Shown in pieces: positions 55,638 through 64,000 of a stretch of 64,000 nucleotides of DNA (the first letter of the stretch is position 1; each line of letters opens with the position of its first letter). This DNA is from a virus, in the IMG/VR virus record IMGVR_UViG_3300044837_000097, positions 1-64,000 of that record. One strand, given 5' to 3'. A program made the translations under genes and the position numbers. The notes under the pieces are model-generated. The model searched no databases. It was given only the letters and a program-made list of their open reading frames with translations, and had not been told where the DNA came from.

Positions 55638-55910
55638 TTACGGACTTCCACGGCCTTTGCTTCGCGCCGACATCAAGTCGAGATTAGCAAGAAAACCCCC
55701 GCCTGCTCCATCGACCATCATAGTTGGGAGTTCGCCATCCCATTTGTCGTGCATCAACTCGATGGTGCGGAGTTGTAGCAGTTCGGGCGTGATGTTCCCG
55801 ACCTGTAAACGCTGCGCTTCTGCTTTCGCCTTCGCGACGATGAGGTTAGATTCCGCCTCGCCTTTCGCATTTGCAATACGCGCATTGGCTTCGCCTTCCG
55901 CCTTGGCCGC
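55638..55910 (-). pseudogene. SPFH/prohibitin C-terminal remnant without start
   Basis: AAKAEGEANARIANAKGEAES..ITPELLQLRTIE..KWDGELP. Confidence 0.65.
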
Positions 55911-56243
55911 CTACTTCCCTGACTTAGCCCATTGGATAAGCGCACGACGGCTGTCACCGACGAAACGCATACACCCAATCTGAATAAACTTTTTCCTGCG
56001 CTGGGTCGTGCCGTGCGTGATGGCGCATGGAAAATCGGGGTCAGAAGAAATTTTGAGTTTGCGGCTCAAGGGGCCGTTCAACCCAACCATGATGGTTGGA
56101 AGATTAGATTTTAGCGCCGCCTTCAACGCGGAGCGATACAAAAACCAAGACATCAGGGAGTTCTCAATCATCACCTCGTCTAGGAGGGTGAAGGAGTTCG
56201 AATACTGACTAGATGGTCGGATGGTTTTCTTCATGTTAATCAC
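55911..56243 (-). CDS. hypothetical protein
   Basis: AAAGGA RBS downstream of promoter. Confidence 0.55.
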   Translation of the reverse strand: MINMKKTIRPSSQYSNSFTLLDEVMIENSLMSWFLYRSALKAALKSNLPTIMVGLNGPLSRKLKISSDPDFPCAITHGTTQRRKKFIQIGCMRFVGDSRRALIQWAKSGK

Positions 56244-56293
56244 TCAATCCTTTCACGCAGACAAGCTGCTTAATTTTCACTAACAACGAACAA

Positions 56294-56322
56294 AGTGTAC
56301 TAAACCACATTCGAAATGTCAA
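56294..56322 (-). promoter_or_regulatory. sigma70 promoter
   Basis: TTGACA-17nt-TACACT. Confidence 0.78.
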
Positions 56323-56405
56323 GAACAAAATTTGCGGGTCGCCACCCAGCACGACCCAGCCAATAAGGGCCGGGATTCCGTGCTGAGGACAGAATAGTTC
56401 CCACA

Positions 56406-56774
56406 TTAACGCACGTAGCAGGACAGCTTGGCGAAGGGGTTTTCCTTCGTTTTGGTGTCAGCCAGCACGATGCTGAGGACGGTGCCGAACGCGATGGTCA
56501 ATCCCGGCTGAGGCTCATACAAGCCTTTGCCGATTTTGACGTGCTCTTTGCGGACCAGCGTGCGCTCGATTTCCGCCGCCAATTGACGATGCGACATGTG
56601 CGGTACGCGGGCCTCGAAGGTGGCAACGCGCTCCGCTTCTACCTTCTTCTCGGCTTCCGCCTTTGCGATTGCTGCCGCTAAAGCCGCCTTATCTTCTGCC
56701 GACATCGTTTGCACAGGCGCTGGCTTGCGGTGACGCTTCTGATTCGGATTGTGTTTACCCTTTGATTCGGCCAT
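56406..56774 (-). CDS. hypothetical protein
   Basis: GAGGTG RBS. Confidence 0.75.
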   Translation of the reverse strand: MAESKGKHNPNQKRHRKPAPVQTMSAEDKAALAAAIAKAEAEKKVEAERVATFEARVPHMSHRQLAAEIERTLVRKEHVKIGKGLYEPQPGLTIAFGTVLSIVLADTKTKENPFAKLSCYVR

Positions 56775-56856
56775 CGTTAATCACCTCTCTGAATTTTCCA
56801 TCCTTGTCGCTCATGCTAGTACTCCCCCGTCTAAGATAACTTCTTGAAATTTTCTT

Positions 56857-57288
56857 TTACTTCTCTTGCGCAGGCGGATTTTGTACATAATCCCAAAAAG
56901 GCTTACACTGTCTCAAAAGAGTAGGACGTTTCTCTAATGCGCCCAAGGTCACATTACACAGTGTGCACAAAATCCCGCGAACTTTCCTTCCTTTGTGGTC
57001 AACATTCGGTGTAGACCACCGGCCATCAAACTTTTTAATTTTACAAATCGCACATCTGTTTCTCTGTTTTTGAAAAAGTCTTCTATAGCAGGCAAGCGAA
57101 AGTCCGTATTTTGAGAGAAGCCAATTCGCTCTCTTTATTTTCTTTCCCGCCCCCTTATACCATCGACGCTGCGCCGCAAGAACTTTCTTTGCAAACTTTC
57201 GACGATATGCTCGCCCTCGTTTCAATAATCTTTTCCGATTCTTTTGGTAATATTTTCTGTCATAATTCGCTCTTTTTGAGTTTCCCAT
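56857..57288 (-). CDS. endonuclease VII-family endonuclease
   Basis: KYGL..QRNRCAIC..VDH..VRGILCTLCN. Confidence 0.88.
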   Translation of the reverse strand: MGNSKRANYDRKYYQKNRKRLLKRGRAYRRKFAKKVLAAQRRWYKGAGKKIKRANWLLSKYGLSLACYRRLFQKQRNRCAICKIKKFDGRWSTPNVDHKGRKVRGILCTLCNVTLGALEKRPTLLRQCKPFWDYVQNPPAQEK

Positions 57289-57478
57289 CTAAAATAACCT
57301 CGGCGAACTTTCCGCTTTTGCACTTCCACATCCACTTCCCGGCGTCCTCGAAATACACCGCCTTGTGGCGGCACACGTAGCAACCGCCGCAGCGGGAGCA
57401 GATGAAAACCTTGTCTCCCACTGCATTGGTCAGTTGACAATTATGCCTCGACATCGAACTGTGCGTCACTCCTGTCAA
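57260..57478 (-). CDS. small Cys-rich protein
   Basis: CSRCGGCYVCRH. Confidence 0.5.
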   Translation of the reverse strand: MTGVTHSSMSRHNCQLTNAVGDKVFICSRCGGCYVCRHKAVYFEDAGKWMWKCKSGKFAEVILDGKLKKSEL

Positions 57479-57484
57479 TAAGCC

Positions 57485-57808
57485 TCATACGTCCCTTCCC
57501 TCTCTCCACACAGTGAGGTGTGGCTCAACTCGGATTCCGATAGTGCCGAGTTTTTGGATGTGCTCCCCGATTGTCGGGCACGAGGAGTTGAACGCCCTTG
57601 CAATTTTCATATCGTGAGTGAAGATTGGTCGGCCTGACGGCTTGAAACCGTAAAAGTACGGCGGGGTCGCCTTTTGTTTCAACAGCACAAGGTCGGTGAT
57701 TGCCAAAGCCGAGACCTCAATTTTCTCTTCGGCGTAGTGAGGATTTCCTTTCCCCAACTGTGCGAGAAATTTCGCCGCCGCTGTGTGTACATCATCTTGA
57801 TACATCAC
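57485..57808 (-). CDS. hypothetical protein
   Basis: AAAGGA RBS. Confidence 0.65.
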   Translation of the reverse strand: MMYQDDVHTAAAKFLAQLGKGNPHYAEEKIEVSALAITDLVLLKQKATPPYFYGFKPSGRPIFTHDMKIARAFNSSCPTIGEHIQKLGTIGIRVEPHLTVWREGRDV

Positions 57809-57863
57809 GTTCCTTTCGCTTGATAAGATGGGGGTCTTTCGACCCCCTTGAATCGGGACCCGG

Positions 57864-58565
57864 TTACTTGCCGCTAATGCACTCTTCCAAAGTGACGCCC
57901 GACTTTGCCACTTCTGGCAGAGCTAGGATGACCTTGCAAGCTGCGACTTTGGAGCCGATGGCTGCCAGCAAACGCGCATCTTCGCGCGCTTCGCAACCCT
58001 TATCAATCTTGCCGCCGCCGAGCGAGAAGCCGAAACCCGCCGCTTGGCCTGCGCCGCTGTACGACTTGAAACATGGAACCGTGGGGAATGTTTCCGGGGC
58101 AATCGCGCTGGCGGTCTGACGCACGTCTTGGAATGAGGTGCTTTGTGCGTTCGACTGCGGGCCGTTCGATGCCGAGGAATTGGAAGTGCTGGAAGCAGAG
58201 CCACCGTTCGCCGTCTGGGACTGGGACGCGTTCGAATTGCTCTTGACGGTATTCGAGTTCGTATTCTCATTCGCGTTGGCGTTCACGTTCGTGTTGTGGA
58301 CGTTGGTCTTCACGCTGTTGAGAACCGAGGTGAGATTATCGTTGGTCACATTGACCGTGCTGGAGCCGCCGTTCGCAGTTCCACCAGTGCCGCCGCTTCC
58401 ACCGTTACCGCCCGGATTGCCGCCGTTCTTCTGACAGGACGGAGTGCCCTTGCCCTTGTCCTTGCCGTTACCACAGTCATTCGCGAGCGTGAAGCTGGCG
58501 AGACCGAGGGTGAGCAAGGCTACCAAAAATGCCTTTGTCATAATTTCTCCCATTAATCCTGCCAC
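57864..58565 (-). CDS. exported low-complexity (Asn/Gly/Ser) protein with Cys-containing C-domain
   Basis: signal peptide (likely start 58541 with GGAG RBS). Confidence 0.75.
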   Translation of the reverse strand: MAGLMGEIMTKAFLVALLTLGLASFTLANDCGNGKDKGKGTPSCQKNGGNPGGNGGSGGTGGTANGGSSTVNVTNDNLTSVLNSVKTNVHNTNVNANANENTNSNTVKSNSNASQSQTANGGSASSTSNSSASNGPQSNAQSTSFQDVRQTASAIAPETFPTVPCFKSYSGAGQAAGFGFSLGGGKIDKGCEAREDARLLAAIGSKVAACKVILALPEVAKSGVTLEECISGK

Positions 58566-58610
58566 ACGTCGTGCTGTACGGTCAGGTGGTCGTTCTTGTT
58601 ATTGTGGAGA

Positions 58611-59156
58611 TTAACAAACATCGTCGGCATTGTCAAGCACATTTTTCCAGCACCACATACAGACCTTAGGTCCTGTCGGACTATACTCGTACTCAAATAG
58701 ATACTCTTTACAAACAACACAGCGTTCCGTTGGAATAATCTTGACCTTGTCGTAAGAAGAGACTGGGGGCGCAGGTTTAGGCAAGACCCGGCAACAAACG
58801 AAGCCAAGGACCTCGTCCATGTATTCGTCCGGCTTCATCGTGTCCTGCTTGTCGAGTTTCAGTTTCTTCTTGAGTTCTTTCGTGTGGGCGGCGAGTTGCG
58901 CTTTGGTCGCGACGTTTCTGTCTTCGACCTCTTTCAGTCGAGTGTACTCGGCGCGCGCCTCCGGGGAGATAGTAAGGACAGGAGGCTTGTCCTCACGTAA
59001 CTTGGTGAGCGGTGCTGCCTTAATGGAATACCAGACCCACGACGGCGGACCAGTGGTCTTAAATCCAGCGGCCTTCGTCAGCGGTTGTTCGATTCTAAAA
59101 TCGGTCCCAAACTCCGCTTCAAAGCGTCGTAGGTCCGGGTTCCATCGTAGATTCAT
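58611..59156 (-). CDS. hypothetical protein (HARP-like N-terminus, Zn-finger C-terminus)
   Basis: KAAGF...WY; CVVC..CMWC. Confidence 0.6.
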   Translation of the reverse strand: MNLRWNPDLRRFEAEFGTDFRIEQPLTKAAGFKTTGPPSWVWYSIKAAPLTKLREDKPPVLTISPEARAEYTRLKEVEDRNVATKAQLAAHTKELKKKLKLDKQDTMKPDEYMDEVLGFVCCRVLPKPAPPVSSYDKVKIIPTERCVVCKEYLFEYEYSPTGPKVCMWCWKNVLDNADDVC

Positions 59157-59425
59157 TACGTGTCGAGAATGCTTCCAATCTGTTCCAGTTTTTGTTCCAC
59201 GGGCGTGCGAGTCAGCGCCTTGATAACGGCCAGCTTCTCTTCCATTTCAGTGAGTTTCAAACTGTCCTTCACAAGCGAATCAATGTCACCGTTTAGCGCC
59301 GACCACATCTCTTTCCACTGTCCGTACACGACCTGCTCTTGCTCATCCTTCGGTTCCAGTTGTTCAATCTGGTTGGTTATCCAGCCTTGTGCGAACGATA
59401 CGCGTTCCAAATCATCCATCTTCAT
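59156..59425 (-). CDS. hypothetical protein
   Basis: coupled helical ORF. Confidence 0.65.
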   Translation of the reverse strand: MKMDDLERVSFAQGWITNQIEQLEPKDEQEQVVYGQWKEMWSALNGDIDSLVKDSLKLTEMEEKLAVIKALTRTPVEQKLEQIGSILDT

Positions 59426-59787
59426 AATCCCATCCTGTTGCGACGGCCCTTGTCGTCGTCTTTTTCTCTGTCTTTCTCATCCAGATTGCGGAAATAATTC
59501 CGGTCTGCCAGCGAGTAGTTGATGTACAACGAGTGGAACATCACGTAACACACGTCGCAAATCGAGTGCGCTTTGAAGGTCAACGCCAGCGTGCCTTCGC
59601 AGCGGCAGAATCCGTCCTTGCAACCCAAAGCAATCTCTTTGTACTCATTATCGGAGAGCGTGATGTTGCAAATATCGCAGCGATTTTTCAGCTTGCGGCG
59701 CAAAAGGTCCCACTGCCACACATTCTTGAAAACCGTGAGAGGAGTCTCGGGATGTTTCAACCCGTGAATCCAGTTCGCAATGTTCAC
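59422..59787 (-). CDS. hypothetical Cys-rich protein
   Basis: coupled ORF with CxxC pairs. Confidence 0.55.
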   Translation of the reverse strand: MNIANWIHGLKHPETPLTVFKNVWQWDLLRRKLKNRCDICNITLSDNEYKEIALGCKDGFCRCEGTLALTFKAHSICDVCYVMFHSLYINYSLADRNYFRNLDEKDREKDDDKGRRNRMGL

Positions 59788-60290
59788 GATTGAATCCTAC
59801 TTGTCCACCCATGCAGGAACTCCACGTCTTGCGGGTTGCGGTTTACCACATCCATGCAGTGATTGATGAGCACCACGCGATACGCATTGATATTGCCGTG
59901 GTCGTTCATTGCTGCCAGCGTGTTTGGTCCGAAAACTCCGTCCGAGACCACGCTGATACCTTGAGACAGAGAGACCTGCAACAGCTTTACCGCCGTCTTC
60001 ACGCCGAACAGCACGCCCATGTCAAATAGTTTCTCGGCCAGCGCTTGGTCGTTAATCTGTGAGTACAGCGGCTTAACATAATGTTCACGATAGTAGGCGA
60101 TAGCTTGTTCTTCTGTGAGATTTTCGATATCAGTTCCGGGCATATCAAGCGCGGTTATTCCATACTTCGTACCGATTAAATCACCCTCTCCTACCACGCC
60201 CAGAGACCAATTAGCGCGGTCATTCAGGTTCTTTTGAAAACCGCCCTCGTGTTGAAGAGTCAGTTTTATCGCTTTATTCATGTCCGCCAT
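59784..60290 (-). CDS. GH108 endolysin with peptidoglycan-binding domain
   Basis: HEGG..D..GTKYGIT; DGVFGPNT; FLHGWTSR. Confidence 0.9.
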   Translation of the reverse strand: MADMNKAIKLTLQHEGGFQKNLNDRANWSLGVVGEGDLIGTKYGITALDMPGTDIENLTEEQAIAYYREHYVKPLYSQINDQALAEKLFDMGVLFGVKTAVKLLQVSLSQGISVVSDGVFGPNTLAAMNDHGNINAYRVVLINHCMDVVNRNPQDVEFLHGWTSRIQS

Positions 60291-60447
60291 GTGTTTCCTC
60301 TCCTAATTTGAACACCCCTCTACTTTGCAAAGATAGTTACGCTTGTTCTGAGAATCTGAATACCCTCTATACCCTAAAGAAGACTCTGTCTGAATTAAAT
60401 ATTTCAAAGTCTTGAAAATTTTATCGGCGCGCATTTTCAAAAGCCCG

Positions 60448-61557
60448 CTAGCGCCTTTTGAATAGCGATTTTACTATCTGCCATAGTCCTTTCTCCTCGC
60501 AACTGTCATTCTCTACCGCGTGAAAGAATCCTTCCCACACCGACAAACCCCAAGCGTCGTGCGCCTTCAACGCGCTAATTCCTAACTGGCGCGTCTCGTC
60601 TTGACGTAGCAGACTCAACCCGACGTGCGCGACTTCCTTCGCGTTGTCCGGGTCCGCCGTCCACAAAAACGGTGCCCATGAGATTGCAGGCGAGACCACC
60701 GAGGGCACACCGGCGTTGATGCCATCCGCCGTAATCATGTTGAATGACTCAGTGTATGAGACCTGTATGAGCAAATCCATGCTGCCGACGACTTCAATGA
60801 AGTCGTCCCAATAGCGCCACGGATGGCGAATGAGCGTAACGCCGGACTCTTCCAGCATCTGCTCAATGGCAAGAGACGTGAAGTTTCCGCCCTCTTCGCC
60901 CCCAACTGACATGTGAAACTCGACGGGCACTTTCAAGTGGCGTTGAATCGAAACCGCTGCCGCAGCCGCCGTCATGAAATTCTTCTGAGGACGCACGGCA
61001 CCGAACGCCCCAATCTTAATTGTCTGAGTCGGCAGACCGTCCTTCGGCACTGGCGCTGGCTTCATCTTGGTGCGCGCCAACGGATACAGGTTCGGTAACA
61101 GGACCGCATCGCGATGGAAGGTCTCGCGGAGCCACTCCACAAAACGCTCCGAATTGCCACCCACGGAAAGATTCGAGTGTTCTTGGGATAGGTGAATGTA
61201 CTGGCGCAGCAAACGAACGCCTTCAAAATCGGCCTGCAAGAATCCCACATTCGAGTGAGACAAGACGACGAAGTGGATATACGGGAAATGCTCCAAGAGT
61301 GAACGCAAGTCGTGAACGCTCAACCACGGCGCGGAGATAATGACGTGCGTCAATGGCTCCCCGTGTTCTTCTTTGTAGCCGTCGATGGCGTAAACCAAAT
61401 CGATGTTATGTCGAACCGGGAAAACCGTTACGTCGATTCCCGCTTCCTTCAAAACTTCTGCCGTCGCGAACCCGGCCACGTTCAACCCTGTGCAAGAGGA
61501 GCGCAGCCAAGCTGCGAAGTCCTTGAATGCGAGTGCTACTCGTACTTTACGCTTCAT
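60448..61557 (-). CDS. GT-B (GT4-like) glycosyltransferase
   Basis: GAVRPQKN; SYTESFNMITAD..GVPSV. Confidence 0.8.
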   Translation of the reverse strand: MKRKVRVALAFKDFAAWLRSSCTGLNVAGFATAEVLKEAGIDVTVFPVRHNIDLVYAIDGYKEEHGEPLTHVIISAPWLSVHDLRSLLEHFPYIHFVVLSHSNVGFLQADFEGVRLLRQYIHLSQEHSNLSVGGNSERFVEWLRETFHRDAVLLPNLYPLARTKMKPAPVPKDGLPTQTIKIGAFGAVRPQKNFMTAAAAAVSIQRHLKVPVEFHMSVGGEEGGNFTSLAIEQMLEESGVTLIRHPWRYWDDFIEVVGSMDLLIQVSYTESFNMITADGINAGVPSVVSPAISWAPFLWTADPDNAKEVAHVGLSLLRQDETRQLGISALKAHDAWGLSVWEGFFHAVENDSCEEKGLWQIVKSLFKRR

Positions 61558-62179
61558 TGGTTTTCTTCCTTGGGCCTGTGGCCTGATAACGCTCTGGGTG
61601 CGCTAGAAACTTTTGTAGTTCAATCGGACGATAGTCCGTGTACTCCACGGCGAACAGTCGTTGCCACTTGTGCTTCAACTGCTTCGTGAAGTCTACGCCG
61701 TGCAATTCCTTGTCACGTTGTATACGCTCCGGGCTGTGAAAACCATCCCAGATATTATGGAAGTGTCCGTGCACGTTGACCGCAGCGCCGAGGGGCAGGC
61801 CCTCTTCCAGCGCACCGTACGGACGGTGACCATCCGACTTTATGATGGCGTTGGCTGGCTCGTGGGTGAACAGCACGTCGCGGAAGGTGAAGCTGTCCAC
61901 AGAGATGTGGAAACCGTGTTCCATCCACCACGTGTTCGAGTGAGAGCGGTCGTGGTTGCCGCGCACCAGTATCTTACGACCCGGCCACGCTTGCACCATC
62001 CACTCCCAGTCCGCGTACTTGCCGATGCCCACGTCGCCGCAGTGTATCAGCATGTCGCCTTCCTTCACTGTGTTCATCACGTTGCGGTGTATCTGTTCGG
62101 TGAAGTCACTGGGGCGCTGGCAATACGTCTCCATGCTTGCGTGTTTCAGATGGGTATCCGAAATTAAATAAACTTGCAT
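61547..62179 (-). CDS. calcineurin-like metallophosphoesterase
   Basis: SDTH, GD, GNHD, HEP, HGHFH; GGAGG RBS before ATG 62179. Confidence 0.9.
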   Translation of the reverse strand: MQVYLISDTHLKHASMETYCQRPSDFTEQIHRNVMNTVKEGDMLIHCGDVGIGKYADWEWMVQAWPGRKILVRGNHDRSHSNTWWMEHGFHISVDSFTFRDVLFTHEPANAIIKSDGHRPYGALEEGLPLGAAVNVHGHFHNIWDGFHSPERIQRDKELHGVDFTKQLKHKWQRLFAVEYTDYRPIELQKFLAHPERYQATGPRKKTNEA

Positions 62180-62286
62180 GTTTTCGCCCTCCTGTATAAA
62201 GTCGTCGTGCCAGTCTTTCGCCGCAAACGCTTCCACTTCGGTTTTGTTTGGCAGGTAAATTAGGTTACTCGTCTTTCCCGAATTTG

Positions 62287-63036
62287 TCAACGGTAATCTC
62301 CGCTCAAGTACGCAGCCCATTGGTCGCGCATCCAACTCGACTTCGGGTCATGTCCCTTCGAGTGGCCCTCCGGGGTAAGAAAATACTTTACCACGCGTTG
62401 CTCCAAAGGCATCGAGAGAATTTCGCCGCGTGATGCCTCCATTCCCAAAACCTGACCAACCCAATAGTCCTCGTTCGCGCCGTTCAACGTCACGCTGGCC
62501 TTCGGGAAGGTGTCCGCGATAATCGTCGCGGCCTTGCGTGAGAGGAAGTAGCCTGCTCCGCTGGCCCACGAGTACACGCGGTCCACTAACTGCATTTGAC
62601 CATCTTTGTTGCGAATCTCACGTGGCCCACACGCGCCCCACTCGCCATTGAACGTACCTGCATAGTCCGCGATTTCGTAGTTTGACTTCTCAATACGCTT
62701 CGGGTAAACGCAGCAATCGGTGTCTACGAGCAAGACGTGGTCGAGCGCGCGGTCAGTCATCCACTGGCAGATGCCGCGCGTTTTGAAAACCAGACCCTCG
62801 TACGTATCCGGGCATTCGAGGATAACCTCGTCCGACTTCGGGCTGTACGAGTTCTGCGGTGTCGGGTGAACCGACTTAATAACGCCGCCCAGTTCCAGCG
62901 ATGGGCGACCTAGAAAGAATTTAGTCTGGATTCCACGGTCACGAAGATAAGCGCCCCACGTCCCACGAATGTTATCGTGCGCTCCCGCATCCAAATCGCG
63001 GAAGCAACTTTTAACAGCAACGAGAAGTCGCGACAT
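62287..63036 (-). CDS. GT31/Fringe-like glycosyltransferase
   Basis: VAVKS..IRGTWG..DTYEGLVFKT..VDTD..SGAGYFLSR..EDYWVG. Confidence 0.82.
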   Translation of the reverse strand: MSRLLVAVKSCFRDLDAGAHDNIRGTWGAYLRDRGIQTKFFLGRPSLELGGVIKSVHPTPQNSYSPKSDEVILECPDTYEGLVFKTRGICQWMTDRALDHVLLVDTDCCVYPKRIEKSNYEIADYAGTFNGEWGACGPREIRNKDGQMQLVDRVYSWASGAGYFLSRKAATIIADTFPKASVTLNGANEDYWVGQVLGMEASRGEILSMPLEQRVVKYFLTPEGHSKGHDPKSSWMRDQWAAYLSGDYR

Positions 63037-63946
63037 AGCTCCTCCCCAAAACCTTATCGACCAGCGCGCGGCCTTCCTTCAAACTGAGTTGAAAACCACT
63101 CGCATTCTGGTGCCCGCCGCCTCCGTACGCCTTCGCGATGGCGCTCACGTCTATGTTGCTCCCTTCTTTATTGCTGCGGAGGGAGAACTGAATGAGGCCG
63201 TCGCCGCGTTCAAACCACAAGAGGGCGATGTCGTACCCGGCCTTGCATGCTGCGTTGCCCGCTTCGCTCACCCCGGTATACGGGATGTTGAGCACGGCGG
63301 TGCAATAATTGTGGCCCTCGAATACGAAGACGCCTTCTTGCCGGTCGGCTACAACGTTCTTCGTGTAGTATTCGATGTAACGACGAACCCCGATTCCTCC
63401 AAGTTCTGCTGTTTCGGGTGTGTCAATCATATCCCACGACTCTACAGTTCGAGGCACCGTCATAAGATACGCGTTAATCTCTTGCGATTTCGGCAGTGCC
63501 CAATTCCAGAGGTCTTGGTCCTCCGTGTAATCCACCCACCACGGGCGGTAGCTCTTATGCGGGCCCACCAATAAATGACCAGCGTTAAAATCAGGCGAGT
63601 TTTTCCCGAATAGATAATCCCACGCGAGTCCTGCGCCGGAACGCTTCATATCGAAGGTAGCGTACGGCGCACCCTCTAACGCGGCTTGTGCCGTTTTATG
63701 GTGGTCGAGCAGACGAAAAGATTTCGCTGCGGAGTTCAGGCGGTCATTCAACTCGCGGGTGCGCAGCGAGTAGTCCACCATGATTACATCTTTGCCTGTG
63801 CAGTATGTGAAGAGTTCTTCCAGCGCCTCCGGTAGTAGGCCGTGGTTCAATCCCATCAACTCCGCTTCCGGGTATTTCTTCTTGCAAATATAAGCGGCAC
63901 ACCAGCCATCGGAACAATTTGCGTGGAACAATATTAAATCCATCAA
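63011..63946 (-). CDS. DHH/DHHA1 phosphoesterase
   Basis: HANCSDG, VDYS, LDHH, SLRS, GGGGH..ASG. Confidence 0.9.
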   Translation of the reverse strand: MMDLILFHANCSDGWCAAYICKKKYPEAELMGLNHGLLPEALEELFTYCTGKDVIMVDYSLRTRELNDRLNSAAKSFRLLDHHKTAQAALEGAPYATFDMKRSGAGLAWDYLFGKNSPDFNAGHLLVGPHKSYRPWWVDYTEDQDLWNWALPKSQEINAYLMTVPRTVESWDMIDTPETAELGGIGVRRYIEYYTKNVVADRQEGVFVFEGHNYCTAVLNIPYTGVSEAGNAACKAGYDIALLWFERGDGLIQFSLRSNKEGSNIDVSAIAKAYGGGGHQNASGFQLSLKEGRALVDKVLGRSYVATSRCC

Positions 63947-64000
63947 ACACCTCTCTTATTAACAGGCTAAAGACGCCGCTTACCCACCGTAAACGGAGGG

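Noticed and set aside
959-55913. Genome-wide TAG reassignment suggested by two in-frame TAGs (959, 55911)
   Set aside because: Long genes are open in code 11, TAG ends genes cleanly at 17334 and 47247, and no suppressor tRNA was found

Overview
About 64 kb of a tailed dsDNA phage genome with a podovirus-type virion module; a tyrosine integrase suggests it is temperate. The host cannot be determined from sequence alone. The + strand runs: a 17-bp palindromic repeat array and an RHH regulator; a ~7-kb array of ~34 tRNA or tRNA-like genes; small late genes; terminase, portal, scaffold and major capsid gene; adaptor, nozzle and fibre genes; ejection proteins including a 2050-aa polyvalent protein. 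The tRNA array also contains what reads as a complete compact RNase P RNA, several unassigned structured RNAs and three HNH genes. The capsid gene is split into four exons by three group I introns, two carrying homing endonucleases. The - strand arm (from ~48.4 kb) carries a Prs-like + NAMPT-like pair (NARP1-type NAD+ reconstitution), the integrase, a GH108 endolysin, glycosyltransferases and phosphoesterases. Most notable: (1) the phage RNase P RNA inside its own tRNA array; (2) the triple-intron capsid gene with a 22-nt micro-exon and an atypical splice site; (3) a covarying pseudoknot covering the ribosome-binding site of four free-standing endonuclease genes; (4) a Tat-signal protein ending in a capsid-like peptide. 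All calls come from manual reading; no database search or folding program was run.
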